NCBI GenBank assembly: GCA_965263275.1
Contig: OZ253668.1
Location: 705,220-769,219, forward strand
Direction: 5' to 3'
Length of the DNA: 64,000 nucleotides
Source: Thermodesulfobacteriota bacterium
GTDB lineage: Bacteria; Desulfobacterota_D; UBA1144; Nemesobacterales; Nemesobacteraceae
A model generated the notes under the pieces. The model searched no databases. It saw nothing but the letters and a program-made list of their open reading frames with translations, and had not been told where the DNA came from. The stretch's first letter is position 1. Every line of letters begins with the position of its first letter. This document shows, in pieces, positions 41,839 to 52,486 of this stretch. The translations under genes and the position numbers were made by a program.

Positions 41839-42754
41839 GAATAGCCACTCCCTCTCAGTCGGGGACTTTTACGGAAAGTTCGGAGAAAAACTCTGTCTTG
41901 AACCTATTTGCGGGAAAGAGGGGTTTGAAAGACGCATAATTTCACCGAGCGCCAAAAAGCCGGGATTAAGAATGATAGAAAAAAGGATAGAACTCGAGGA
42001 GGGAACCATACAAGTACTCGGCAGAACGGAAATTTCCTACATAAACGAATTTCCCGGCAGAACGCAAAAAAAGATAATAACGAATCTTCTGTCAAACGAT
42101 ATTCCGTGCTTTATACTCTCAAAGGGGGCTTGCCCGGAAAAGTCCTTTACCGAACATTTTGAAAGAAAACAGATACCGCTTTTTACCACGACCTTGGGCA
42201 CGGGGAAATTCATAACCATTCTCAATGAGCTGCTCGCCGAGGAATTCGCAACCCGGATAACGGTTCACGGAGTACTTCTGGATGTGCATCATATGGGAGT
42301 CCTGATCCTTGGGAAAAGCGGAATCGGGAAAAGCGAATGCGCGGTTGACCTTATAATACAGGGTTCCAAGCTTATCGCGGATGACGTGGTCGAGATAAGG
42401 AAGATAGGCTCTCAGACTCTTGTCGGAGTGGGTCCCGAGAACATAAGGTACCTCATGGAGGTAAGGGGAATAGGCATAGTAAACATAAAGGATCTTTTCG
42501 GAACCACCTGCGTTATGGAAAAAAGAGAGATCAACATGGTTATAGAGCTTCACCAGTGGGACTCTGAAACAGAATACGATCGTCTGGGCGTGGACACGAA
42601 AACATACTCCATACTAGAAATCGAACTGCCGTACATGATACTGCCGGTGAGTCCCGGCAGAAATATGGCATCCGTAATAGATGTGGCAGTGCGAAACCAG
42701 ATACTGAAGGAAACCGGCAAAAACGTCGAGATTCCGTCCGGCACTCGGGAATAA
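41825..42754 (+). CDS. hprK: HPr kinase/phosphorylase
   Basis: GKSGIGKSE, LIADD and EVRGIGI. Confidence 0.95.
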   Translation: MRNSENSHSLSVGDFYGKFGEKLCLEPICGKEGFERRIISPSAKKPGLRMIEKRIELEEGTIQVLGRTEISYINEFPGRTQKKIITNLLSNDIPCFILSKGACPEKSFTEHFERKQIPLFTTTLGTGKFITILNELLAEEFATRITVHGVLLDVHHMGVLILGKSGIGKSECAVDLIIQGSKLIADDVVEIRKIGSQTLVGVGPENIRYLMEVRGIGIVNIKDLFGTTCVMEKREINMVIELHQWDSETEYDRLGVDTKTYSILEIELPYMILPVSPGRNMASVIDVAVRNQILKETGKNVEIPSGTRE

Positions 42755-43611
42755 TGGAACGGATAATAATACTAAGCGGACTCTCCGGTTCGGGAAAGAG
42801 CACCGCGGCAAAAGTACTTGAAGACCTGGGCTTTTTCTGCGTCGAGAACCTGCCTCCCGAGCTTCTTTTCTCTTTTATCGACCTTTGCGGAAAATCGCTT
42901 ACGCAGATAAAAAAGGCGGCCGTAGTCATTGACATACGCATACCGGTAAAAGACACGCTTTATCATTTCGAAAAAGTGCTGGAAAAGATAAGAAAATCAG
43001 CCAGCAGAGTCGACCTTGTATTTCTTGAATGCTCGGACGAAACCATTGTTAAAAGATACAAGGAGACAAGGAGAATTCACCCGCTTGGGGGCCAGAAAAC
43101 TCTTCCCGAGGGAATTTCCGAGGAAAAACGAATTCTAGGATACATGCGTGAGCTCGCTGATAAGCGCATAGACACAACCACTCTCAGTGTTCATGATCTA
43201 AAAGCGATTATAGCCAAGATTGCCGGAACAACCGGCAAGCAGACCCCTCTTCTCACCTTCCTTTCCTTCGGCTACAAGTACGGGGTTCCAGAAGACGCGG
43301 ATCTGGTTTTTGACGTCCGTTTTTTGAAAAACCCCCACTTTACCGAATCCCTGAGGGATCTTGACGGAACCAGAAGCGAAATCGTAGACTTTGTCATGTC
43401 GGATAAAACTTCGCAGGAGTTTCTGGAAAAACTGTGTTCTTTTCTGCGCTTTTTGATCCCCAAATATTCCGAGGAAGGAAAATCCTACCTTACCTTGGGC
43501 ATCGGTTGCACCGGGGGGAAACACCGCTCGGTGGTTATAGCCAACGCTCTGGGCAAAGATCTCCCCGAATACTCCGCTATTATTAGACACAGGGACATAA
43601 ATAAGCTATAA
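42754..43611 (+). CDS. rapZ: RNase adapter RapZ
   Basis: GLSGSGKS, SFGYKYG and GCTGGKHRSV. Confidence 0.96.
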   Translation: MERIIILSGLSGSGKSTAAKVLEDLGFFCVENLPPELLFSFIDLCGKSLTQIKKAAVVIDIRIPVKDTLYHFEKVLEKIRKSASRVDLVFLECSDETIVKRYKETRRIHPLGGQKTLPEGISEEKRILGYMRELADKRIDTTTLSVHDLKAIIAKIAGTTGKQTPLLTFLSFGYKYGVPEDADLVFDVRFLKNPHFTESLRDLDGTRSEIVDFVMSDKTSQEFLEKLCSFLRFLIPKYSEEGKSYLTLGIGCTGGKHRSVVIANALGKDLPEYSAIIRHRDINKL

Positions 43612-43618
43612 AAATCCT

Positions 43619-44029
43619 ATGTTTTCCATAGTAGTGATCACGCACGGAGAGCTCGCGAAGGAGCTTGTATCGGCCGTGAACTTCATTCTGCCTAAAAAAC
43701 CCAGGGTCAAGATGACGGCGGTCTCAATAGACGCTTCGAAAGACTCCAAGGACTTTGAGAAAAAGGTGAGAGCCTCGATTGATACCGTTAACGAAGGGGA
43801 CGGGATACTGCTTGTAACGGATATGTTCGGAGGAACCCCTTCCAACATAAGTCTTATGTTTCTTGAAGGCGGCGAAACGGAGGTAATTTCCGGGGTAAAT
43901 CTGCCCATGCTTTTAAAACTCGGCACTGTTGAGGAAAAAACTACTCTTAAAGAAGCGGTGGAACTTGCAGCTAAGGCGGGAAGAGAAAACATAATAGTAG
44001 CGAGTGAACTTCTCAATAAAAACGGTTAA
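43619..44029 (+). CDS. PTS mannose-type EIIA
   Basis: ITHG, DMFGGTPSN and GVNLPML. Confidence 0.93.
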   Translation: MFSIVVITHGELAKELVSAVNFILPKKPRVKMTAVSIDASKDSKDFEKKVRASIDTVNEGDGILLVTDMFGGTPSNISLMFLEGGETEVISGVNLPMLLKLGTVEEKTTLKEAVELAAKAGRENIIVASELLNKNG

Positions 44030-44053
44030 GATAGGCGGGAAAGGATACTGAAT

Positions 44054-44377
44054 ATGGATGCAACCACACTTGACGCCGTAATAGAAATGTACACAAATCA
44101 CATCCTTCAGGGCGAGCTTGAGGGGTTTAAGATCGACATATCCCCAGAAATAAAAGATGAACTCGCAGCAATAGCCCTTTACCTTGATTCAAAGACCGTC
44201 AGGGCGTCCGGGGAGATAGAAGAATTCTACGAAGGGTACAAAAGGGCGGCCTTTGACATACTTTCTTTTATGGGGGTTGAGTTCTTCGAAGACAGGGAAA
44301 ACAAGCTGATCAAGATAATGAAGTCAAACGACAACTTCCAGCTCCAGGAAGAGCTTAAGAAAAGTATCTGGGGATAG
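44054..44377 (+). CDS. Hypothetical protein
   Basis: Co-oriented 107-aa acidic ORF with AGGA upstream; no motif recognised. Confidence 0.7.
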   Translation: MDATTLDAVIEMYTNHILQGELEGFKIDISPEIKDELAAIALYLDSKTVRASGEIEEFYEGYKRAAFDILSFMGVEFFEDRENKLIKIMKSNDNFQLQEELKKSIWG

Positions 44378-44412
44378 AACAACCTCCTCCCATAAAATTC
44401 CCGACCACTGCT

Positions 44413-45231
44413 ATGGATTTTCAAAATTCATTTGATCATTTCGTCTTTGACCTAGATGGGGTTATATATTCAGGTGAAAAAGCCATCGGCAACTCCCACC
44501 AAGTACTCGAAACATTAAGAGAAAATAAAAAGAGCATACGTTTCATAACCAATAACCCTTCGAGGTCTCCTTCAGACTACGCCGAAAAACTCCGCAAACT
44601 CGGAATTGAATCGCATGATAGCGAGTTTGTAACTTCTCCTATGGCAACCGTTTCTTTGATAAAGGAGAAACTTCCCTCGGAAAAATGGGAGACCGTTTTC
44701 ATAGCGGGAAGCGATTACCTGAGAAAGGAAGTCAGGAAGACTGGACTGGTTGAGCTTACCGGAGAAAATTCTCTCGACGCCGACCTCGTGGTGATAGGAA
44801 GCCACCCCGGATTTAACCTTGAGGAAATAAAAACCGCATCCATAACTGTTGGAAACGGGGCAGGTTTTATCGGCACAAGCGGAGACTATTTCTATCCCTG
44901 CGAACACGGCCGGGCCCCAGCGACAGGAGCCCTTCTCGCATCGGTTGAAGTCGCGTCGGGAAAGAGAGCTCTAACAGCGGGAAAACCCAAAAGATACATG
45001 TTTGATCTCCTGAGAAAAACCGGAATACCACAGACTAAAAAGACCCTTCTGGTTGGAGACAGTCTCCTCACCGATATTGCCGGAGGAAAAAAAGCGGGCT
45101 ATACAACGGCGCTTGTGCTGACTGGGGTTACGAAAAAAACCGACCTTGGAAACGATGGAGTAAAACCCGATTTCGTACTGGAAAATATCTCTTTTCTTTT
45201 AAAACCATTGGGAGAAACAGGTAGTGAATGA
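44413..45231 (+). CDS. HAD-IIA (NagD-like) hydrolase
   Basis: FDLDGV, TNN, GKP and GDSLLTDI. Confidence 0.92.
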   Translation: MDFQNSFDHFVFDLDGVIYSGEKAIGNSHQVLETLRENKKSIRFITNNPSRSPSDYAEKLRKLGIESHDSEFVTSPMATVSLIKEKLPSEKWETVFIAGSDYLRKEVRKTGLVELTGENSLDADLVVIGSHPGFNLEEIKTASITVGNGAGFIGTSGDYFYPCEHGRAPATGALLASVEVASGKRALTAGKPKRYMFDLLRKTGIPQTKKTLLVGDSLLTDIAGGKKAGYTTALVLTGVTKKTDLGNDGVKPDFVLENISFLLKPLGETGSE

Positions 45232-45333
45232 GGGTGGCCCAGATCCCTTAACCAAGACTTAATCTTGTGCTGTTGACTTTTGGTAATCGGGGTGTAGTGT
45301 TTGGATAGAAATTCTTTCCCGCCGGAGGTACCC

Positions 45334-45525
45334 ATGCTCAAATTTATCAAAAAAGAAGACGAAACCTTGAATTACCCATTAGATGTGTTTGATGAAGAAG
45401 ATGATTTTGAGGATGAATTTGCCGACGAGTTTGATGAGCTTTTCGAAGAAGTAAACTATCTCTATTACGATGACGACTCAGAAGAAATTTTTGAGGATGA
45501 CAGAGGAAGAAGAGTACTTCACTAA
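45334..45525 (+). CDS. Small, highly acidic hypothetical protein
   Basis: GGAGG RBS before ATG at 45334; D/E/F-rich 63 aa. Confidence 0.65.
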   Translation: MLKFIKKEDETLNYPLDVFDEEDDFEDEFADEFDELFEEVNYLYYDDDSEEIFEDDRGRRVLH

Positions 45526-45560
45526 GTAAAAGCCAAGCCGGTACAGAACAGGCCAGCATA

Positions 45561-45605
45561 TGAACCTTGCAGTCATGGCATCAAATGCCATGACTGCAAG
45601 GTTCA
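45561..45605. terminator. Perfect 21-bp-stem hairpin between convergent genes
   Basis: TGAACCTTGCAGTCATGGCAT-CAA-ATGCCATGACTGCAAGGTTCA. Confidence 0.7.
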
Positions 45606-45658
45606 AGCTTCATATTTTTGAGACAACAAAGGTGATTCAAATCACCTTCCCTTTATTA

Positions 45659-48167
45659 TCAGAAACGCATGCGCGTAACCACACCGAAAGTACGGGGTTG
45701 ACCCACTCTGTAGGCAAGACGGGCTCGTCCTCCCCGCTCGCGGTCAAACGAAAGCTTCACGTTTTCATCTGTAAGATTCTTTACGTAAGCCGTGAATTCC
45801 AGATTGTTATATACAAGTCCCGCAGAGAGGTTAAACAAGTGGTACGAGTCAAGCAGCAGATCAACTTCCGTAGTCTGATCGGCCGGGATGCCAGCATATG
45901 GCAAATTATGCTCAAAAACCCCTGCTTCTGGAACCTGGTCGCCCGACTGCGTGATGCTGTCGCCCACAAACTGCCATGAACCTGATATATAGCTTTCTCT
46001 AGCGCTCAGAAGGCCCGGCAAAGTATAAGTGGCGGATCCCGAGAGTTGCCAGTCAGGAACCGAAGGTATTCTGTTACCCTTTTCTATGCCGTTAAGAATG
46101 CCTCCATCAACCGTTCTAAGAGTAGAATCAACCTCCGCTTCCACATAGCTTCCGGCAAAAGCGACCAGCAAAGATCTTGTCGGCTGAAGAGTTAACTCAA
46201 GTTCCGCTCCTACCGTGTGAGACTCTGGTACGCTGATTGAAACCCGCGATGAGCACGGTCCTGCGTCAACGTTTATACCCAGATTCTCAATATCGGTATA
46301 AAAAACCGAACCGTTTAGCGTAACATTCTCAAACGAAGATTTAAAACCAACCTCATAGTTCCAAAGAGTTTCGTCTTCAAACTCCTGATAAACGCTGTAA
46401 ATAGGATAATAATCGACTCCGTTATCTTCACAAAGCTCTTGGTTAAGCGGATCATTAACTCCACCCAGACGAAATCCGCGGGAAATCTGAGCATTAAGCT
46501 TAAAATTATCGGTAGCATCGTAGCTCATCATGAACCGGGGCGTGAATCCGTCGGAAGAAACCGTAACTTCCTGATTCTGAATCTCCCAATTCGAAAAAAC
46601 ACCGCCTGATTTGAAAGTTTTATCCTCTTCCCAGTCATACCAGCGCAGACCGGCCGTTAAGTCTAGACGTTCAAGCAACGCGTAGGTCGCTTCTCCGAAA
46701 ATGGCAATCTGCCTCAGATCGTATGTGAGGTCGGAAATATAGTTAGAGTCTATATCGGTAAACCCGTTACTGATATCTTCCGGCGCTACACCTATCCTGT
46801 TAAGAACATGTTCGAGAGCCAGAGCGTCATAACCCAGGGTAAGATTGCGCTGCGAATAGTCACGCTTCACATTTGCGTAGAAAACACCCGCAAGCCACTG
46901 AAGTGCGCTGTCATCACCAGAGCTCAAGCGCAGTTCATGGGTCATCTGCTCCAAGTCGGTAGTATCACGCAGATTGGCTGGGATTGAAACCTTATCCTCT
47001 GGAAAAGTGAAGGGACCTGATCCGAAGGGACTTATGCCCACGCTCCCTGTCAATGCGCTGCTGTCTCGGCTGACCAGAATGTCGCGTTTTATATAGCTTG
47101 CCGAGTAAGTAATATCAAAGAAATCTTCAATGCTCCAATTTACCACAGTGTCGAAAATCAGGGTTTCATCTTCAAAAGCTTCGTCAAGCAGCAAAAACTG
47201 CTCTCTTTCGCCAAGCGTGATGCGGGGACGTATCGCGGGGTCGGTATAGGGGTTTGCGAAAAGGTTAAATACCTCATCTCGGTTAAAACCTCCAAGATCA
47301 ATTTTTTGATATACGACACGCGGGGTAATGGACAGATTCTCGGTCGGTTCCCATAAAAGAGCAATCCGCCCGCCGTAGCGGTCGCCGTCGTTTACATCCT
47401 CATCCACGCTGCCCCCTTCTTTACGCGCATCAATGAAACCGCCGTATCTAGTACCATAAGCAACCAAGCGAACGGCCGCATCATCACCCAGAGGAACATT
47501 GAGAGCCGTTTTTAGATGACCCCCGAGAGAACCTTCGTCAATATAGTTTCCGTCAATCTCGACTTTGACCTCGCTTACGCCAAGCAACGGCTGATTGGTT
47601 ATATAGCGAAGGGTACCGCCGATGGAACCTGATCCGAACAGCGTGCCCTGAGGTCCTCTTAGGGTTTCCACTCGGTTAAGATCGAAAAGATCAATGTCGG
47701 GGGTAAAAAGCGACAAGGATATCGGGGTTTCGTCAAGATAGACCCCCACCTGTTCCTTTACGCCGGGCTGATCCCGCACTACCTGTCCTGAAGAAACGCC
47801 GCGGATCGTAACTACGCTCTGGCCCGGCCCAAGGTTCTGTATGGAGAGCCCGGCCACGTTGCGGGAAAGATCTTCCAAGTTGGTAGTGTTAAGCCGCTTG
47901 ATATCATCTTCTGACTGAACATTCAGGGAAAAAAGGCACATCTTGGGCAAGCTGAACACGCTTGGTAGCGGTCACAAGCATTCTCTGAAGCGTGTAGCTG
48001 CCTTCTTCTACCAGACTAAGACGTTCCGTTTGTTCATCCTGGACACCGGATTCAGAATCCTGTCCTTCCTGCGCAACCGCGTTTAGGGAGAAAACCAGTA
48101 CAAACAAGGAAGTAAATGCAAAAAATCTTACAACTACTCCAATCTGAGTCTTAAAGTTCATCTCCAA
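45659..48167 (-). pseudogene. TonB-dependent receptor with one frameshift
   Basis: Signal peptide and LVTATKR in ORF 47904-48167; plug (LRGPQGTLFG) and barrel ending in F in ORF 45659-47959. Removing one T from the T6 at 47929-47934 joins them as QDVPFSLNVQ. Confidence 0.85.
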
Positions 48168-48338
48168 AACCTCCTTAACCTCTTTGAAACTATGCGTTTG
48201 TCACTATTCACACCACGCACTACGCAGTAATTTTCGATTTTAACACATTTGTTTCAGTGTTGTAAAGAACAAACGGAACCGAGCGGTTTCTGAACAAATT
48301 ACTCTTTACACACTTATTTCAGGGTTTATTACAAAAAA

Positions 48339-48423
48339 TGCCCAGGGCCGGACTCGAACCGGCACGGGAGATACTCCCGAGGGATTTTAAGTCCCTTGCG
48401 TCTACCAATTCCGCCACCCGGGC
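48339..48423 (-). tRNA. tRNA-Leu(TAA)
   Basis: GCCCGGGTGGCGGAATTGGTAGACGC...GGGACTTAAAATCCC...GGTTCGAGTCC; long variable arm; CCA not encoded. Confidence 0.96.
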
Positions 48424-48447
48424 TTTACGCCAAACATGGTTAAGAAC

Positions 48448-48522
48448 TGGAGGCGGCGCCCGGATTCGAACCGGGGTATAACGGTTTTGCAGACCGTCGC
48501 CTTACCTCTTGGCTACGCCGCC
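48448..48522 (-). tRNA. tRNA-Cys(GCA)
   Basis: GGCGGCGTAGCCAAGAGGTAAGGC...ACGGTCTGCAAAACCGT...GGTTCGAATCC...TCCA. Confidence 0.96.
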
Positions 48523-48613
48523 CCTGTAACTTTTAGAATTTTAGAGTTTACCGAAAAAAAGAAGTTTTGTGAATTCTGGCAAGCGGCGCGTTTGCGTTCT
48601 CTTACTATGCGGA

Positions 48614-49393
48614 TTAATTTCGAAGCTCTCCCCAACAACCGCCTTTCCCGACAAAAAGACTCTATTCTCAAGAAGTCTCGTATGAACAAGGCCACCTCTT
48701 TTTGACGCCTGGTGGCCGGTAAGCTCCTTTTTGCCAAGCCTTCGGCTCCAGAAAGGGCAAAGACAGCAGTGAGCAGATCCCGTAACCGGATCCTCATCTA
48801 TCCCGGCATTGGGCGCAAAAAACGCGATACAAAATCGTAGCGGTCAGAACTTGAGACGCTAGTTATTATAAGTCCTCTCTGAACCAAGCTTCCTAACCTG
48901 GGTCAGCCTCGGGACGGTGTTTCTTACTATTGCCTCTGCCTTCGTAAAGAGCAATATAATCAAAGCGGTTCCTGCCCACGTAAAGAGGCGTAGCTGAAAC
49001 CGCCATTAGCAGATCCTCAGGCGTCTCCACTTCCCATGGATCTTCTGAGGAAAATCCATCTCTATAAGATCGTTTTCCCTCCTCGCGGTAAGAACCCCGC
49101 TCTTTGTGGAAAACACGGCGTCTTCCGCCGCGGGGATGATGCCGAGAGTAAAGAGAATGTGGGCGCTTGCGAGGGTGGCGTGTCCGCACAGAGAAACTTC
49201 GGTTTCAGGAGTAAACCACCTGAGTTCAAAAACATCTTTTTTTTTCGAGAAGAAAAGCTGTCTCGGAAAGATTTACCTGAAAAGCGATTTTCTGTTTTGT
49301 CCGCTTCGGTATATCTTTTTCAAGAAGACACACGGCGGCCGGATTCCCCGAACGCGGTCCATCCGTAAACGCATCCACGGTGTATACTTTCAT
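48614..49393 (-). pseudogene. PhzF-family isomerase pseudogene
   Basis: Manual translation MKVYTVDAFTDGPRSGNPAAVC...NLSETAF; later [11 protein letters not shown] and EDPVTGSAH pieces fall in broken frames; no full-length ORF. Confidence 0.8.
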
Positions 49394-50613
49394 CAGAAAC
49401 CCGCTGGGAATCCCGACGCGTCAGAGGATCTGGGACGCCGCTTGAGAGCCGAAATCGCATCCTTTATACCCAGCAGCGTCAGGGGAAACATGTTGCCTTC
49501 GTAGAAATCGTTCAGAACGCCTATGCTTTCAGTCCACTTCCACTCATCCCGCGGCACGGGGTTAAGCCACACGGTAGAAGGATACTTCGCCTTCACTCTC
49601 CCGAGCCATTGCAGACCCGGCTCATCGTTATTGTGTTCAACGCTTCCGTTTGGATAAACGAGTTCCCACGGGGACATGGACGCGTCGCCGACCATAATGC
49701 ACTTGTAGTCACCGTTGTATTTATTAAGCACAGAGAATGTAGGAATCTGCTCACTGAAGCGTCTTTCGTTGTTTCTCCAGACTCTTTCGTATATGCAGTT
49801 GTGAAAGTAGTAAAACTCAAGGTGCTTGAACTCATGTCTGGCGGCGGAAAAAAGTCTTGAACAAAGCTCGACGTGATCATCCATTGAACCTCCGATGTCA
49901 AAAAACATCAAAACCTTGACGTTGTTTTTCCGCAAGGGAGCAAATTCAAGGTCAAGCAGCCCCGCGTTTTTTGAAGTCCTGTCAATCGTCTTCTCAAGGT
50001 CAAGCTCCTCCCCCACCCCCTCTCTCGTGAGAACCCTGAGTTTTCTTAGTGCCATTTTCATGTTCCTGACGTTTAATTCCACCGAATCGTCAAGATCGCG
50101 AAATTCCCTTTTGTCCCATACCTTAACAGCCCGTCTCTGCCTGCCGCCGTCCTGTCCTATGCGAACCCCTGCGGGATTGTAACCGTAAGCTCCGTAAGGC
50201 GAAGTGCCACCGGTGCCTATCCATCTGTTTCCGCCCTGGTGGCGTTTTTTCTGTTTCTCAAAGATCTCCCTGAGTCTCTCCATCAGTTCTTCAAGCCCGC
50301 CCATGGAACGGATCATCTCCTTATCCTCTTCAGAAAGGGTGTTCTCGAAATTCTTGCGCAGCCACTCAAGCGGAATCTTCATGAACTGCTCCGTATCGGC
50401 AAGCTGAGCTCCCTTGAAATAAGCGGAGAAAAGCCTGTCGAACCTGTCCATGTGCCGTTCATCTTTTACCATTATGCAACGGCTGAGATAGTAAAAATCG
50501 GTCGTGTCATAACCGATTACGTCGCGGTCTAGGGCTTCAAGAAAGGTAAGATATTCTTTGAGGGTAACGGGAAATCCGTCGTCTTTAAGCAGCAGGAAAA
50601 AATCAAGAAACAT
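49393..50613 (-). CDS. VWA-domain (CoxE-like) protein
   Basis: DIGGSM MIDAS motif, GTGGTSPYG and VGDASM; adjacent to MoxR. Confidence 0.88.
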   Translation of the reverse strand: MFLDFFLLLKDDGFPVTLKEYLTFLEALDRDVIGYDTTDFYYLSRCIMVKDERHMDRFDRLFSAYFKGAQLADTEQFMKIPLEWLRKNFENTLSEEDKEMIRSMGGLEELMERLREIFEKQKKRHQGGNRWIGTGGTSPYGAYGYNPAGVRIGQDGGRQRRAVKVWDKREFRDLDDSVELNVRNMKMALRKLRVLTREGVGEELDLEKTIDRTSKNAGLLDLEFAPLRKNNVKVLMFFDIGGSMDDHVELCSRLFSAARHEFKHLEFYYFHNCIYERVWRNNERRFSEQIPTFSVLNKYNGDYKCIMVGDASMSPWELVYPNGSVEHNNDEPGLQWLGRVKAKYPSTVWLNPVPRDEWKWTESIGVLNDFYEGNMFPLTLLGIKDAISALKRRPRSSDASGFPAGF

Positions 50614-50631
50614 GAACGTATCTCCCTGCCA

Positions 50632-51468
50632 TCACCTTCTGAATCTTCGCCTCATCATCTCGAGCATCTCGTAATCAGCCTCGTTTTTGATAAGCGCGCC
50701 CGAGTAAGGCGGAAGGTTCTCTTCAAGATCTGTTTCCGGGAGTTCCCCAGCGGCCAAGCGGTCAGCAGCAAGGAGCTTTATCCAGTCTATAAGCTCGCTT
50801 GTTGAGGGTTTTTTCTTAAGACCGTCGATTTCCCTGACGGAATAGAAGAGGGTAAGCGCGTTATCCATAAGCTTCCGCCCGAGATCCGGGTAATGCACCC
50901 CTACTATTTCCTCAAGAGTCTTGCGGTCGGGAAAAGCTATGTAATGAAAAAAGCATCTTCTTAAAAAGGCGTCTGGAAGTTCCTTCTCGTTATTCGAAGT
51001 GATTATCACTATGACTCTTTTAACCGCCCTTACGGTTTTTCTGAGCTCGTAGCAGTAAAACTCCATCTTGTCGAGTTCGAGCAGAAGATCATTTGGAAAC
51101 TCTATGTCCGCCTTGTCTATCTCGTCAATCAGAAGCACCAGCTGCTCGGGACTCTCAAAAGCTTCCCAGAGCTTTCCTTTCTTTATGTAGTTTGAGATAT
51201 CGTTTACTCTCTCGTCTCCGAGCTGCGAGTCACGAAGCCTAGCGACTGCGTCGTATTCGTAAAGACCCTGCTGCGCAGTGGTGGTGGACTTTATGTGCCA
51301 TGTTATAAGCTGCTTTCCAAGCGCCTTTGCGACCTCAAACGCGAGCATGGTCTTTCCCGTGCCCGGTTCGCCCTTCACAAGAAGCGGACGCTCAAGCGTA
51401 ATGGCAGCGTTAACGGCTACCGACAAGTCATTTGTGGCTATGTAATCGCTTGTTCCCTTAAATTTCAT
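50632..51468 (-). CDS. MoxR-family AAA+ ATPase
   Basis: GEPGTGKT, LIDEIDKAD and LPDAFLRRC. Confidence 0.93.
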   Translation of the reverse strand: MKFKGTSDYIATNDLSVAVNAAITLERPLLVKGEPGTGKTMLAFEVAKALGKQLITWHIKSTTTAQQGLYEYDAVARLRDSQLGDERVNDISNYIKKGKLWEAFESPEQLVLLIDEIDKADIEFPNDLLLELDKMEFYCYELRKTVRAVKRVIVIITSNNEKELPDAFLRRCFFHYIAFPDRKTLEEIVGVHYPDLGRKLMDNALTLFYSVREIDGLKKKPSTSELIDWIKLLAADRLAAGELPETDLEENLPPYSGALIKNEADYEMLEMMRRRFRR

Positions 51469-51507
51469 TTTTCACCCACCCGCGGGGAGACCCCGAAGAC
51501 CCCTCGC

Positions 51508-52377
51508 TTATTTATTGAATACGATTGTCCTGTTTTTGTAAATCAGAACCTCCCGGTTTATATGGGACCAGATAGCGTTTGAGAGAATTTGTTTTTCAAG
51601 ATCCTGGCCTTTTCTGACGAGGTCTTTAACCGAATCATCATAATTAACCTTTATCACATCCTGCTCTATTATGGGCCCAGAATCAAGTTCCTCGGTTACG
51701 TAATGAGAAGTGGCTCCGACGACCTTGACCCCTCTTTCGTAAGCGGAGTGATAGGGGCGGGCCCCCGGAAAGGCCGGAAGAAATGAATGGTGAATATTGA
51801 TTATCCTGTTGGGGTAATGCGATACGAAATTCCCGGTAAGAATCTGCATATACCTTGCGAGCACTATGAAATCCACATTGTAGTCGCGGAGAAGCTTTAG
51901 CTGCCGGGCCTCCACTTCTTCCTTGTTGTCCCGAACGTTTTCGAACACGTAAAAATCCGCTCCATGAAGAGCTGCCACATCCCTGAGGTCCGGATGATTG
52001 CTTATCACGAGGGGCATCTCCACGTTCCATTCCCTGGCGCGGAGCCTGTAAATTATGTCTGAGAGGCAGTGGGGAAGCTTGGAGACGAAAACCGCCATGC
52101 GCGGCACGTCTCCAGTAAAGAAGACCTCGAATTTCATGTCGAATTTTTCCGCTACTTTCTCACGGAAAATTTCCTCCGCCTCCTCGCGGGAGAGGGTAAA
52201 ACCGTCCATCCCCCACTTGGCACGGATAATGGTCACCATGTCGGTCGTGTCAACGCAATGCTGCAGCGCGTGGATATTCCCTCCGTATTTGAATATAAAG
52301 TCGGTGACCGCACGGACCAGACCGGGACGGTCGGGGGAGTGCACGAGCAAAATCGCTTCTTCCTGTTTTTCCGGCAT
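51508..52377 (-). CDS. purU: Formyltetrahydrofolate deformylase, copy 1
   Basis: ACT domain PDRPGL, LARYMQ and NIHHSFLPAF. Confidence 0.95.
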   Translation of the reverse strand: MPEKQEEAILLVHSPDRPGLVRAVTDFIFKYGGNIHALQHCVDTTDMVTIIRAKWGMDGFTLSREEAEEIFREKVAEKFDMKFEVFFTGDVPRMAVFVSKLPHCLSDIIYRLRAREWNVEMPLVISNHPDLRDVAALHGADFYVFENVRDNKEEVEARQLKLLRDYNVDFIVLARYMQILTGNFVSHYPNRIINIHHSFLPAFPGARPYHSAYERGVKVVGATSHYVTEELDSGPIIEQDVIKVNYDDSVKDLVRKGQDLEKQILSNAIWSHINREVLIYKNRTIVFNK

Positions 52378-52486
52378 TTTAGTTGAGACCCGTTTCCTGG
52401 TTTTTTACAGCTTCCGTCCGTATAGTGGGAATTGCTGTGTGATCAAGGGAGGTTTAAAACTCCAAAGTTCCAAAAAGCTTCGTGAG

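Noticed and set aside
48436-48797. Short ORFs over the tRNA region
   Set aside because: They overlap tRNA-Cys or the PhzF pseudogene tail.
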